A stretch of DNA of 64,000 bases from Verrucomicrobiaceae bacterium (GTDB taxonomy: Bacteria > Verrucomicrobiota > Verrucomicrobiia > Verrucomicrobiales > Akkermansiaceae), in NCBI GenBank assembly GCA_051252135.1, contig JBPOGH010000001.1, forward strand, positions 544,001 to 608,000. Direction: 5' to 3'. The position numbers were made by a program, and so were the translations under genes. This document shows positions 29,583-37,883 of this stretch, piece by piece; position 1 is the first letter of the stretch, and the number at the start of each line of letters is the position of its first letter. The notes below the pieces were generated by a model. The model had not been told where the DNA came from and ran no database searches. It saw only the letters and a program-made list of their open reading frames with translations.

Positions 29583-31493
29583 GTGACCTTCACCGCTCCA
29601 TCATGGTTCTTCCTGATGCCCGTCATCCCGCTCGTGGTGACCCTCGGCATCCTCAAATGGCGCTCCCGTCAAAAACGCCTCGGCTCCCTCGTGGCCGACC
29701 GGCTCAAATCCCGCTTGGTCAACGCCCGCCCGGGCTCAAAGCACTTCACCGCTCTCGGCCTCGCCATGCTGGGACTCGCCCTCCTCATCACCGCTCTCGC
29801 CATGCCCGAAGCTGGAGAGGAATGGATCGAGACCAAGGCGGAAGGCCGTAATATCCTCCTGTGTGTCGACATTTCCCAAAGCATGCTCACCGAGGATGCC
29901 GGGGCCGCCAGTCGACTCGCCGCCGCAAAAGGCGCCGCCCTGGGAATCGTCGAACGCTTCCCGACCGACCGGATCGGACTCCTCGTATTCTCCGGGGAAA
30001 CCCAGGTCATGGTGCCCCTCACCATCGATCATTCGTTTCTCAGTCAAACGATCACCCAACTCAACCCCATCGATCTCCCCGTAGGTGGGTCCGACCTCGC
30101 CCTCGCCATCAAGGATTCCACCATCATCCTCAATCAAACCGGCCAGCGCAACAATGTCATGGTCATCCTCAGCGACGGAGAGGACCACTCGTCGGGAATC
30201 GACGATGCCTCGGGGATGGCGGCCAAAGCAGGCGTCTTCATCTACACCCTCGGTTTTGGTTCCGAGGACGGTGACTACATCCGCGATCCCCGTGAATTGG
30301 ACGGATTCTTCCGCGACCGCAGAGGAAACAAGGTCATCAGCCAACTCAAGTCCGATTCCCTCCAACTCATCGCGGCCAAAACAAATGGCAGCTACTCCCG
30401 TGGAGTCGGTGGCGATTTCCTCGGTTCACTGGATCGCGCCGTCGCCAAAATGGATCGTTTTGAGCAAGAAGGTGGCCATCAACGAATTGCGAAACCGGTC
30501 TATCAGTGGTTTCTTTGTCCCGGACTCTTTTTCCTCATGCTTTCCGTCATCATCGACCGCCTCCCCTTGGCTCGCGCCGCCATCATCTTGGCTGCCTTCG
30601 TTCTAACCTTCGGCAACCCCGCTGAAGGAGGGGAATTTCTCGACACCCTCGCCGCACAAAAGGCCAACAAGGAAGGTGACCACAGGATGGCCTCCGGTCT
30701 CTTCCGCTCCGCTGCCGATCAGGCCGAAGGCGGGCGCCGGGCCAAGCTCCAAATGGCCGCCGGTGCTTCCGCCTATCGGGCTGAGGATTGGACCGGAGCC
30801 GCCGCCGCATTCAGTGAAGCCCTGTTAACGGAAGACGATGACCTCCGCCGCGAAGCCCACTACAGCCTCGCTAATGCTCTCTACTACCAGGGTGCCGCCA
30901 CCGAAGGCAAACCACGCATCTCGGCCTGGCAAGGCGCGGTCTCCCACTACGGGGAAAGCCTCAAGCTGGGAGAGAACCAATCGGCTGCCGAAAACCTCGC
31001 GCTCGTCAAACAACTCCTCCAACAGGCCGAACAGGAACAGCAGGAAAAAGAGAAGCAAGAGCAGGAGAAAAAGGAACAGGAGGACCAGCAACAGAAAGAG
31101 GAGGAAAACGAGTCCGACGACGAACAAGAAAAGAACGGCGATCAGGGAGAAGAAAAGGAAGAGGATCAGGAAAATCAGGACAACAAGGATGAGTCCGACA
31201 AGGGCGACGAAAAAGAGGGCGGCAAGGAAGGCGAGCCCAAGGAAGAGGAACCCAAGGATGGGGAGAATCAAAAGGGAGAAAACGAAAGCGAAGAAAATGG
31301 TCAGCCCGAGGAGGAAAAGGACGACCCAGGCCCCACTCAGGAGGAGCAGGAAGCTCAGGAAATGGAACCGGAAAAAGGAAAGGAATCACCCGAAGAAAGA
31401 GCAAGGCGCATCCTCAAATCCCAAGCCGATTTCGGAGGAAATCCTCCCAAGGCCCAACGCCGCTATTTCCGTCGCCCCGAGAAAGACTGGTAA
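29583..31493 (+). CDS. BatB-BatC-like fusion (vWA + TPR + Q/E/K-rich tail)
   Basis: VDISQSM, LSDGED; TPRs (AHYSLANALY, AAENL); charged low-complexity tail ending in EKDW. Confidence 0.82.
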   Translation: MTFTAPSWFFLMPVIPLVVTLGILKWRSRQKRLGSLVADRLKSRLVNARPGSKHFTALGLAMLGLALLITALAMPEAGEEWIETKAEGRNILLCVDISQSMLTEDAGAASRLAAAKGAALGIVERFPTDRIGLLVFSGETQVMVPLTIDHSFLSQTITQLNPIDLPVGGSDLALAIKDSTIILNQTGQRNNVMVILSDGEDHSSGIDDASGMAAKAGVFIYTLGFGSEDGDYIRDPRELDGFFRDRRGNKVISQLKSDSLQLIAAKTNGSYSRGVGGDFLGSLDRAVAKMDRFEQEGGHQRIAKPVYQWFLCPGLFFLMLSVIIDRLPLARAAIILAAFVLTFGNPAEGGEFLDTLAAQKANKEGDHRMASGLFRSAADQAEGGRRAKLQMAAGASAYRAEDWTGAAAAFSEALLTEDDDLRREAHYSLANALYYQGAATEGKPRISAWQGAVSHYGESLKLGENQSAAENLALVKQLLQQAEQEQQEKEKQEQEKKEQEDQQQKEEENESDDEQEKNGDQGEEKEEDQENQDNKDESDKGDEKEGGKEGEPKEEEPKDGENQKGENESEENGQPEEEKDDPGPTQEEQEAQEMEPEKGKESPEERARRILKSQADFGGNPPKAQRRYFRRPEKDW

Positions 31494-31510
31494 ACAAAGA
31501 TTCAGCTCCA

Positions 31511-33763
31511 ATGGTCCGCCTTCTTCTCCTCTTCATTCTCATCCCGGTGCTAAATGCACAGGGCCCGCCCTCGATCGAGGTGCAACTCCAGAGCGCCTTT
31601 CTCGTGGAACGTGAGGAAGCCATTCTCACTCTCACGGTCCGTAATCTCAACATGCCCGGGTGGCCGGCCTCCCCGGTCGTCAGCCCCCTCTCCCTGCGTC
31701 AGCTTCAACACCGAAACATGCTGATCAACGGGAGAGTCTCGGAAGCCTTTTCCTACGCCATCTCTTCCATGAAGGCTGGCGTTTACACCGTCCCGCCATT
31801 CCGGGTGGGCAATGTCGTCAGCAAACCTCTCACCCTCCACGTCTTCAAAGAGAGCGATCTGTCCCGCCACCAACTCTCTCACAACGGCCAGGAATTCACT
31901 TATCTCTCCGGCCTCTTCGTGACCAATCGCACCCCTTACGTCGGCGAAACCCAACAGATCGAAGCCAAGCTCTATCTCCCCACCCGCATCCGTGTCGAAC
32001 AGCCCCAGTATGCGGATTTCGAAAAGAAAAACCTCGTCGCCTGGAGATTCGACCCCACCGAAGGAAATGGGGCGTTCCGGCTCGATGGGGAAACCTATCA
32101 AACCTACTCCTATCAAAGCACCCTCACCCCTCTCGAACCCGGACCCACCACCTTCGGCCCCGGTTCGGTATCTCCCCTCCTGAACTTCCGTCTCAACACC
32201 CGCCGCGGCTTTGTCTGGCAGCGGGCGCAAATGACTTGCTCATTCCCCTCCCTTTCCCTCGACGTCAAATCCCTCCCGCTCCCTCAACCCGCTGATTTTT
32301 CAGGAGCCGTCGGCACCTTCAATCTCACCGCCCAACCCCTGGGCCTCGAGATCGCCGTTGGGGACCCCCTGACCATCGAACTCACCGTCAGCGGCACCGG
32401 AAATCTCGATCAACTCGGAGCTCCCAAGCTCATCGACCGGACCGGAGCCTTCAAGCAATTCGATGTCGCCAAGAAACCCCAGGGACGGGAGCGCACCAGC
32501 ACCACCGGCGAAGTGGAATTCTCACAGGTCATTCGTCCCAACCAGGTGATCGACACCATCCCCCCCTATCATCTCCACTTCTTCGACCCCATTCTCAAGG
32601 AATACCGGCTCGCCAGCACTCCTCCCATTCCCATCACCGTCACCCCCGGCACCCCATCCACCGCCCCTTCCTTGCCCGCATCCCCGGATGCCCCCAAATT
32701 CCTCCCCCCCGGCTCCTCTCTCATTCCTGCCAATCCTAAGGTATGGCCTCCTTGGCTTTGGCAAATCCTCCCCGCCTTACTCGCTCTCTTTCTCCTTCTC
32801 AAAAAATTCCGCCCCCGAATCGCTCAGAAAAAACAGCTCACTCAAAGGCAGAAGGAGTTTGAAAAGGACCTCGGCCATATTGCCGATGCCACCACCCGGG
32901 TCGAGTTCTACCGCCGCGCCGCCCTCTTGATTGAAGAAGACGGGCCGGATCAATGCCCTGACGACCTGAATAAGATCATCAAAACCCGCGATGAAATCTG
33001 CTTCCGTCCCGATGCCTCCGATGCCCCGCTCCTCCCCAAAGAACGCACCGCCATTCTCGACCTCCTTCGCACCCTTGCCCCTCTCATCATTCTCGCCTTC
33101 CTGATTCTTGCACCAGCGGCCACCGGACAGGAACCCGATTGGAGCTCCCTCGCTAAAGATAACCCGACCCCCGAAGCATTCCATAACCTTGCTCTTCAGG
33201 AAGAGATGTCCGGTCGCCTTCCCACCGCTGCCCTCTACTTCTACCGATATCAGGCCTACGGAGGAGACGATGCCGGCCTCGAGAGAATCCTCGGACAAAC
33301 CCGGGGAATCAAACGCCCTAAGCCGCAGGGTATGGAGCACCTTTCTGTCCTTCCAAAACCTTTCTTCCAACAAGCTGGAGCCGCCGCTCTCTGGGGCTTG
33401 GCCCTGACCTTGCTTGTGATCGTCCTACACGTGAAACGGTGGCTCCCGTTTCTCATCCCGCTCACTCTGATTGCCTCTGTTATTTGGTGGATCGGCTTCC
33501 GATATTACCCTGATAACGTCGGGTTCCTGCCCCTCACCCAACTTTCGGTCGTCATGGTGGACACCAAAGCATCGAGCTCCCCCTATCAGGATGCCGATGG
33601 TATTGAAATTCCGGCCACCAGCATCGGTCACGTCACCGGCACTTCCGGCAAGTGGAGCCACCTCAAATTCCCCAACGGAATCAAAGGTTGGGTTCCATCG
33701 GACCAGGTAGCTCCAATTCGGGGCGTGGCGCTTTGGAATCCGCCGACTTCACAAACAGACTGA
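31511..33763 (+). CDS. BatD-like protein with C-terminal BatE-like TPR/TM/SH3 region
   Basis: Signal peptide; GVYTVPPF, PYVGE, FSGAVGTF, VSGTGNL, FFDP; C-terminal WSHLKFPNGIKGWVP SH3-like. Confidence 0.8.
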   Translation: MVRLLLLFILIPVLNAQGPPSIEVQLQSAFLVEREEAILTLTVRNLNMPGWPASPVVSPLSLRQLQHRNMLINGRVSEAFSYAISSMKAGVYTVPPFRVGNVVSKPLTLHVFKESDLSRHQLSHNGQEFTYLSGLFVTNRTPYVGETQQIEAKLYLPTRIRVEQPQYADFEKKNLVAWRFDPTEGNGAFRLDGETYQTYSYQSTLTPLEPGPTTFGPGSVSPLLNFRLNTRRGFVWQRAQMTCSFPSLSLDVKSLPLPQPADFSGAVGTFNLTAQPLGLEIAVGDPLTIELTVSGTGNLDQLGAPKLIDRTGAFKQFDVAKKPQGRERTSTTGEVEFSQVIRPNQVIDTIPPYHLHFFDPILKEYRLASTPPIPITVTPGTPSTAPSLPASPDAPKFLPPGSSLIPANPKVWPPWLWQILPALLALFLLLKKFRPRIAQKKQLTQRQKEFEKDLGHIADATTRVEFYRRAALLIEEDGPDQCPDDLNKIIKTRDEICFRPDASDAPLLPKERTAILDLLRTLAPLIILAFLILAPAATGQEPDWSSLAKDNPTPEAFHNLALQEEMSGRLPTAALYFYRYQAYGGDDAGLERILGQTRGIKRPKPQGMEHLSVLPKPFFQQAGAAALWGLALTLLVIVLHVKRWLPFLIPLTLIASVIWWIGFRYYPDNVGFLPLTQLSVVMVDTKASSSPYQDADGIEIPATSIGHVTGTSGKWSHLKFPNGIKGWVPSDQVAPIRGVALWNPPTSQTD

Positions 33764-34364
33764 CCTGCTCAAGTTCAAGAGCCAGATCAACGCTGTTCAC
33801 GGTCACATTTTCGGGAACCTGTAACACCGTAGGTGAAAAGCTCAGAATCCCCTGAATCCCGGCGTCCACCAATTCATTGGCCACTTCCTGGGCATGCTCT
33901 ACCGGCACCGAAAGAATCGCCAACCGGATCGCGTGCTTCCGCACAATTTTTGGCATGTCCCCAATATGATGAACCGGCACGGAAATTCCCCGCTGGGCCA
34001 CCAACTCGGGAGCCACATCAAAAGCCGCCACCACTTCAAATCCCTCCTTATGGAATCCGGCATACCGAAGAAGTGCCGATCCCAAATTTCCCGCACCAAC
34101 CAGGATCACCGGCTGCAGGTGCTCCCGCCCCAACACATCCGCGATCGCCGTGACCAGTTCCGCAACCGAATACCCCAATCCTCTGGTCCCAAAAGTCCCC
34201 AGATAAGTCAGATCCCGGCGAAGCTGTGAAGGATTCACTCCAGCTGCCTTGGCCAAAGCCGACGATGAAATGGTTTCGGTCTCTGCCTCTTCAAGCCGAC
34301 GCAGACAACGATGGTATATCGACAGGCGATAAATTGTCTTTCCTGGAATCTGATCCTTTCCCAC
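33681..34364 (-). CDS. rex: Redox-sensing transcriptional repressor Rex
   Basis: GTG 34364; IPGKTIYRLSIY, ISSSALA, QLRRDLTYLGTFGTRGLGY, VGAGNLGSAL, GIQGILSFSP. Confidence 0.93.
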   Translation of the reverse strand: MGKDQIPGKTIYRLSIYHRCLRRLEEAETETISSSALAKAAGVNPSQLRRDLTYLGTFGTRGLGYSVAELVTAIADVLGREHLQPVILVGAGNLGSALLRYAGFHKEGFEVVAAFDVAPELVAQRGISVPVHHIGDMPKIVRKHAIRLAILSVPVEHAQEVANELVDAGIQGILSFSPTVLQVPENVTVNSVDLALELEQVSLFVKSADSKAPRPELELPGPMEPNL

Positions 34365-34474
34365 GGAGAGAACCTCGACGCCATCCCCCTCCCTGTCAAG
34401 GAGTCGCTCTCGCCCGGGAAGTTTGACCTTCCGGCCATCGACACCATTGGAAGCCCGCGTTATCACTGAGCCAC

Positions 34475-35065
34475 GTGAATTTTCTCGCCCACTTCGCCCT
34501 CGCCCAACCAACAGACGCCTCCCGCGTAGGTGCCTTGTTGGGCGATTTCGTCCGGGGCCACCCCTCCTCCCTCACCGGACAATATCCCCCGGAAGTCATC
34601 GAGGGCATCATGCTCCACCGGGCCATCGATCGCTTCACCGATGACCACCCCGTCTTTCTCAAAGCTAAAGATCTCCTTTCTCCGAAACGACGCCGCTTTG
34701 CCGGAATCATCATCGACATATTTTTCGATCACTTCCTCGCTATTCACTGGGAAGACTTTGAAAAAGGAAACCTCCCTCGGTTCATTTCGGAACTCTACGA
34801 CACCCTTGAACGTCGTCACGATTGGCTGACTCCCGAACTTCACGAAATTGTCCCTCGCATGAAGGATGAAAACTGGCTGCAGTGCTACGGCACCATCGAA
34901 GGCCTGAAGCTCACCTTCGAAAGAATCAGCAAGCGCCGCTCGTGGCTCAAACCCCTTGTCGGAGCTGAAACCGACCTCATTGACCACTACCAATCCTTCG
35001 ACCGGGCTTTCCACACCTTCTACCCCGAGGTCCGCCAATATGCCACAACCTGGGAACGCGACTAA
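34475..35065 (+). CDS. acpH: ACP phosphodiesterase (AcpH, DUF479)
   Basis: MNFLAH, GDFVRG, GIMLHRAIDRFTDDHP, IDIFFDHFLA. Confidence 0.9.
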   Translation: MNFLAHFALAQPTDASRVGALLGDFVRGHPSSLTGQYPPEVIEGIMLHRAIDRFTDDHPVFLKAKDLLSPKRRRFAGIIIDIFFDHFLAIHWEDFEKGNLPRFISELYDTLERRHDWLTPELHEIVPRMKDENWLQCYGTIEGLKLTFERISKRRSWLKPLVGAETDLIDHYQSFDRAFHTFYPEVRQYATTWERD

Positions 35066-35121
35066 GCAATTCGCAATTGTCCGTTGACAGACCATCCGAT
35101 GGATCGAAACTCCCCACAGCT

Positions 35122-35634
35122 ATGCAATGGAACGACCAATTTCTCGCCCTTTTTCAACGCTGTCTTCAAGAATACCGCGGAGGCAACCGGGACTTCATGA
35201 GCTACTACAGCCCTGAGGACCTCACCTTCCTTCAAGGTATTGGATACAAACCGCGCGAGCTCTTTGACTTTGTGGAGGACTTGGCCGATGAAGCTGTCCC
35301 AACTGAGTCCACCGCTCTCCTCATCGCTGCGGTTCGCCGTGACTACTTTCTTGTAATCCAAAAAGGAGTTCACAGCGACAAAGAGGTAACCCGTGATTCC
35401 CTTCCCTCCTTTGGCGAAGAACTGGACGGCATTTCCTACCTTCCCCGCATCATCACCAAGGCTCGCGCCAAGTTGAAGGGTGAGCTTCACCCCGATGTCA
35501 TGTTCTCCTGCGGAGGAGATCGCAAGTTCCTCAACGACCACCGGATCCACCCTGCCGATTTTCTCCGCCAGGTCTGGTCCGCTGATAGCGATGACCAAAA
35601 GATCGCCAATTTCGTCAAAGCATCGACAGCCTAA
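35122..35634 (+). CDS. DUF5069 domain protein
   Basis: LDGISYLPRIITKARAKLKGELHPDVMFSCGGDRKFL. Confidence 0.75.
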   Translation: MQWNDQFLALFQRCLQEYRGGNRDFMSYYSPEDLTFLQGIGYKPRELFDFVEDLADEAVPTESTALLIAAVRRDYFLVIQKGVHSDKEVTRDSLPSFGEELDGISYLPRIITKARAKLKGELHPDVMFSCGGDRKFLNDHRIHPADFLRQVWSADSDDQKIANFVKASTA

Positions 35635-35658
35635 AAATCGTCTGACAAGCTCCCGTCC

Positions 35659-36267
35659 GTGAAGGACTACAAAGGCGAACAAATACTGGTCATCCCCCGC
35701 TCCCTATTTGACGAACTAGGCTCGTTTCAGGGGATCGAAACCAATGTGGACCGATATTTGGACGCCATTCTCGACCCCCAAAACAACTTCTTCATGGACC
35801 GCGGTGCCGCTGAGGAGGACCCTGGGTTCAAACAAATCATTCCCTATTGCCTGTTCCGCCACGGTGACAGCTACCTCCACTACGTGCGGGGAAAGAGCGG
35901 AGGAGAGAGCCGTCTTCACGCCCAGGGATCGGTAGGCATTGGAGGACACATCAACCCCGTCGACGAGCGGGAAGATCACCTGGGCCGCGCTACCTATCTC
36001 GCGGGGGTTGAGCGTGAGATTGATGAGGAACTCAACATCGTCGGAGGTCACTCCAATAAAATGGTCGCCCTTCTCAATGACGACAGCAATCCGGTCGGTC
36101 AGGTCCATCTCGGGGTCGTCCACATCTTCGAACTGGAGACCGATCAAGTCACCTCCAACGAGGACGCCCTTGCCGACCTTGGATTCCATCCGGCCGACAA
36201 ACTTAAGGGGGAAATGCTCGATCAACTGGAAACCTGGTCTCGCTTCTGTGTCGAGGCCCTCGTCTAG
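35659..36267 (+). CDS. NUDIX-like phosphoesterase
   Basis: AEEDPGFKQIIPY, GESRLH, SVGIGGHIN, REIDEEL, NDDSNPVGQVHLG, LETWS. Confidence 0.85.
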   Translation: MKDYKGEQILVIPRSLFDELGSFQGIETNVDRYLDAILDPQNNFFMDRGAAEEDPGFKQIIPYCLFRHGDSYLHYVRGKSGGESRLHAQGSVGIGGHINPVDEREDHLGRATYLAGVEREIDEELNIVGGHSNKMVALLNDDSNPVGQVHLGVVHIFELETDQVTSNEDALADLGFHPADKLKGEMLDQLETWSRFCVEALV

Positions 36268-36296
36268 CCCCACCGTCCTCCGGTCGCAAGAATCAC

Positions 36297-36331
36297 AAAA
36301 AAGGCTCACCCGGAATCCCGGATGAGCCTTT
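36297..36331. terminator. Terminator hairpin between convergent genes
   Basis: AAAAAAGGCTCACCCGG-AATC-CCGGATGAGCCTTT. Confidence 0.8.
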
Positions 36332-36354
36332 GAAAATGTCTTCAGATACCGGGA

Positions 36355-37764
36355 CTAGCCCTCATACGAACCTTCGACTCGCGCCGCCACATCGCGGTAA
36401 CCGTAGTCGACTTCGTAAATCTGCTTAAAGCACTCGATCGCCTCATCTTTCCGATCTGCTTTCGAGTAGATTAGACCAAGCTCATAGAGAATTTCTTTCT
36501 TGGTTGTGTCCATCGCAATCAATTCGGAGTTGGCATCGCTCAACTGCTTGATCGAAAGATCGGTCATTCCCTTGGCGTTGAACGTGCGCCCGAGAAGAAG
36601 AAGCACCTTGGTGCGAATATGCGGATTGCGTGTCGCCTGCTGAAGATGGGGAATCGCCTCACTGTAATCGCCGGCATCGTAGAACGCCTGCCCCAGATCG
36701 TAACGAAGCTTGGGATCGGTGGGGTTCTGATCAACCCGCTGCTTGCACTCCACCAGTCGTTCGGCGGTCCGTGCTTTCTTCACCTCGGCAAGTTGGGCTT
36801 GCAGTTCGGCATCGTCAGGGTTGGCGGCAGCTTCTGCCTCCAGTTCGGCGATCCCTTTACTCTTGGACATGTCCTTCATCGCCTCGGCGCGGGAACGAAG
36901 GGCGACGTCACCACCTGATATCTGGTGGGCCCAGTCATAAAACTGATGGGCCAAGGGCCAGTCTTCCAACTGCTCGTAGGTTGCGGCGAGGTCCTTGACC
37001 AACGCAAGGTTGTGAGGATCAGCCTCATAGGCGGCCCCAAGCTCACCGGCACGCTCAAGGAGCTGCTCCTTGGTCAAAGCAGTCCGTGAAGCCTTCTCAA
37101 GCTCAGCGGCTTCATCACCCTTGATGATATCTTTGAAGCTGGAGGTTTCGGAAAGGTTGTTCTTCTGCATCGACGCCTTGGCCGAGGAATCCTTCTCCCC
37201 TTTGATCGCCGCACCATCAGCAGGATCCTGCTTCACAATGTCACGGAAAACCGCTGCTGCCTCGGCATGCATTTCGCGTAGAATATAGAAATGAGCCAAC
37301 TTATGGGCCAACTTGGTATTCTCCGGGTTACCCTTCCGTGCCGTTTCCAGTGCGAATCCGGCAGTATCCAGAAGATTCAGCTTCAGACAGGTGTCATGAA
37401 GCACATCGTTCACGCCGGGGTTAAACGGATCTTTCTCAAGCTCCTTTTCGATAGCCACCAAGGTCCCCGCAGGGTCCTTCTTGCTCTGCCTTGCCAGACC
37501 ACCGGCAGCACCACCACCGGACGTTCCGAACAGTCCCTTTTTTGAACCACCGGGAACCGCTCCCGTGGCAGAAATCTCTGCCTGTCGGAGAAGCTTGCGG
37601 GCATTCAAAAATCCCGGCTCTTGTTTCAGAATAGCCTGAAGGAATTTTACGGCATAGCCCGGGTTATTCCGCTCGACACTGGATTTTGCGTTCTTCCAGT
37701 GCTCCTTGAGCTCGATTGGCAATTCTGCCTCGGTAATTTCTTTAATTTCTTTCACTTCTGACAT
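36355..37764 (-). CDS. Tetratricopeptide repeat protein
   Basis: ATG 37764; multiple TPRs (LRYDLGQAFY, ILYELGLIY), C-terminal IYEVDYGYRDV. Confidence 0.85.
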   Translation of the reverse strand: MSEVKEIKEITEAELPIELKEHWKNAKSSVERNNPGYAVKFLQAILKQEPGFLNARKLLRQAEISATGAVPGGSKKGLFGTSGGGAAGGLARQSKKDPAGTLVAIEKELEKDPFNPGVNDVLHDTCLKLNLLDTAGFALETARKGNPENTKLAHKLAHFYILREMHAEAAAVFRDIVKQDPADGAAIKGEKDSSAKASMQKNNLSETSSFKDIIKGDEAAELEKASRTALTKEQLLERAGELGAAYEADPHNLALVKDLAATYEQLEDWPLAHQFYDWAHQISGGDVALRSRAEAMKDMSKSKGIAELEAEAAANPDDAELQAQLAEVKKARTAERLVECKQRVDQNPTDPKLRYDLGQAFYDAGDYSEAIPHLQQATRNPHIRTKVLLLLGRTFNAKGMTDLSIKQLSDANSELIAMDTTKKEILYELGLIYSKADRKDEAIECFKQIYEVDYGYRDVAARVEGSYEG

Positions 37765-37834
37765 GTTGTGCGCGGGTCGAAAACTAACTGACGAAATCAA
37801 GCGATAATCCGTCCTCTTGGCAAGCATACAGCCC

Positions 37835-37863
37835 AAAAGAGCGGACTTTCCAGCCCGCTCTTT
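37835..37863 (-). terminator. Terminator of the gsp cluster
   Basis: - strand GAGCGGGC-TGGAAA-GTCCGCTC-TTTT, 20 bp after the gspD stop. Confidence 0.6.
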
Positions 37864-37883
37864 GAATTTCTTTCGAAAAAGGC

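Noticed and set aside
31010..31400. Purine-rich repetitive stretch breaking the skew
   Set aside because: It encodes the Q/E/K-rich tail typical of BatC-like proteins; not a repeat array or insertion.
36355..37764. TPR protein as part of the T2SS operon
   Set aside because: A terminator-like hairpin at 37835-37863 separates it from gspD; only adjacency supports a link.
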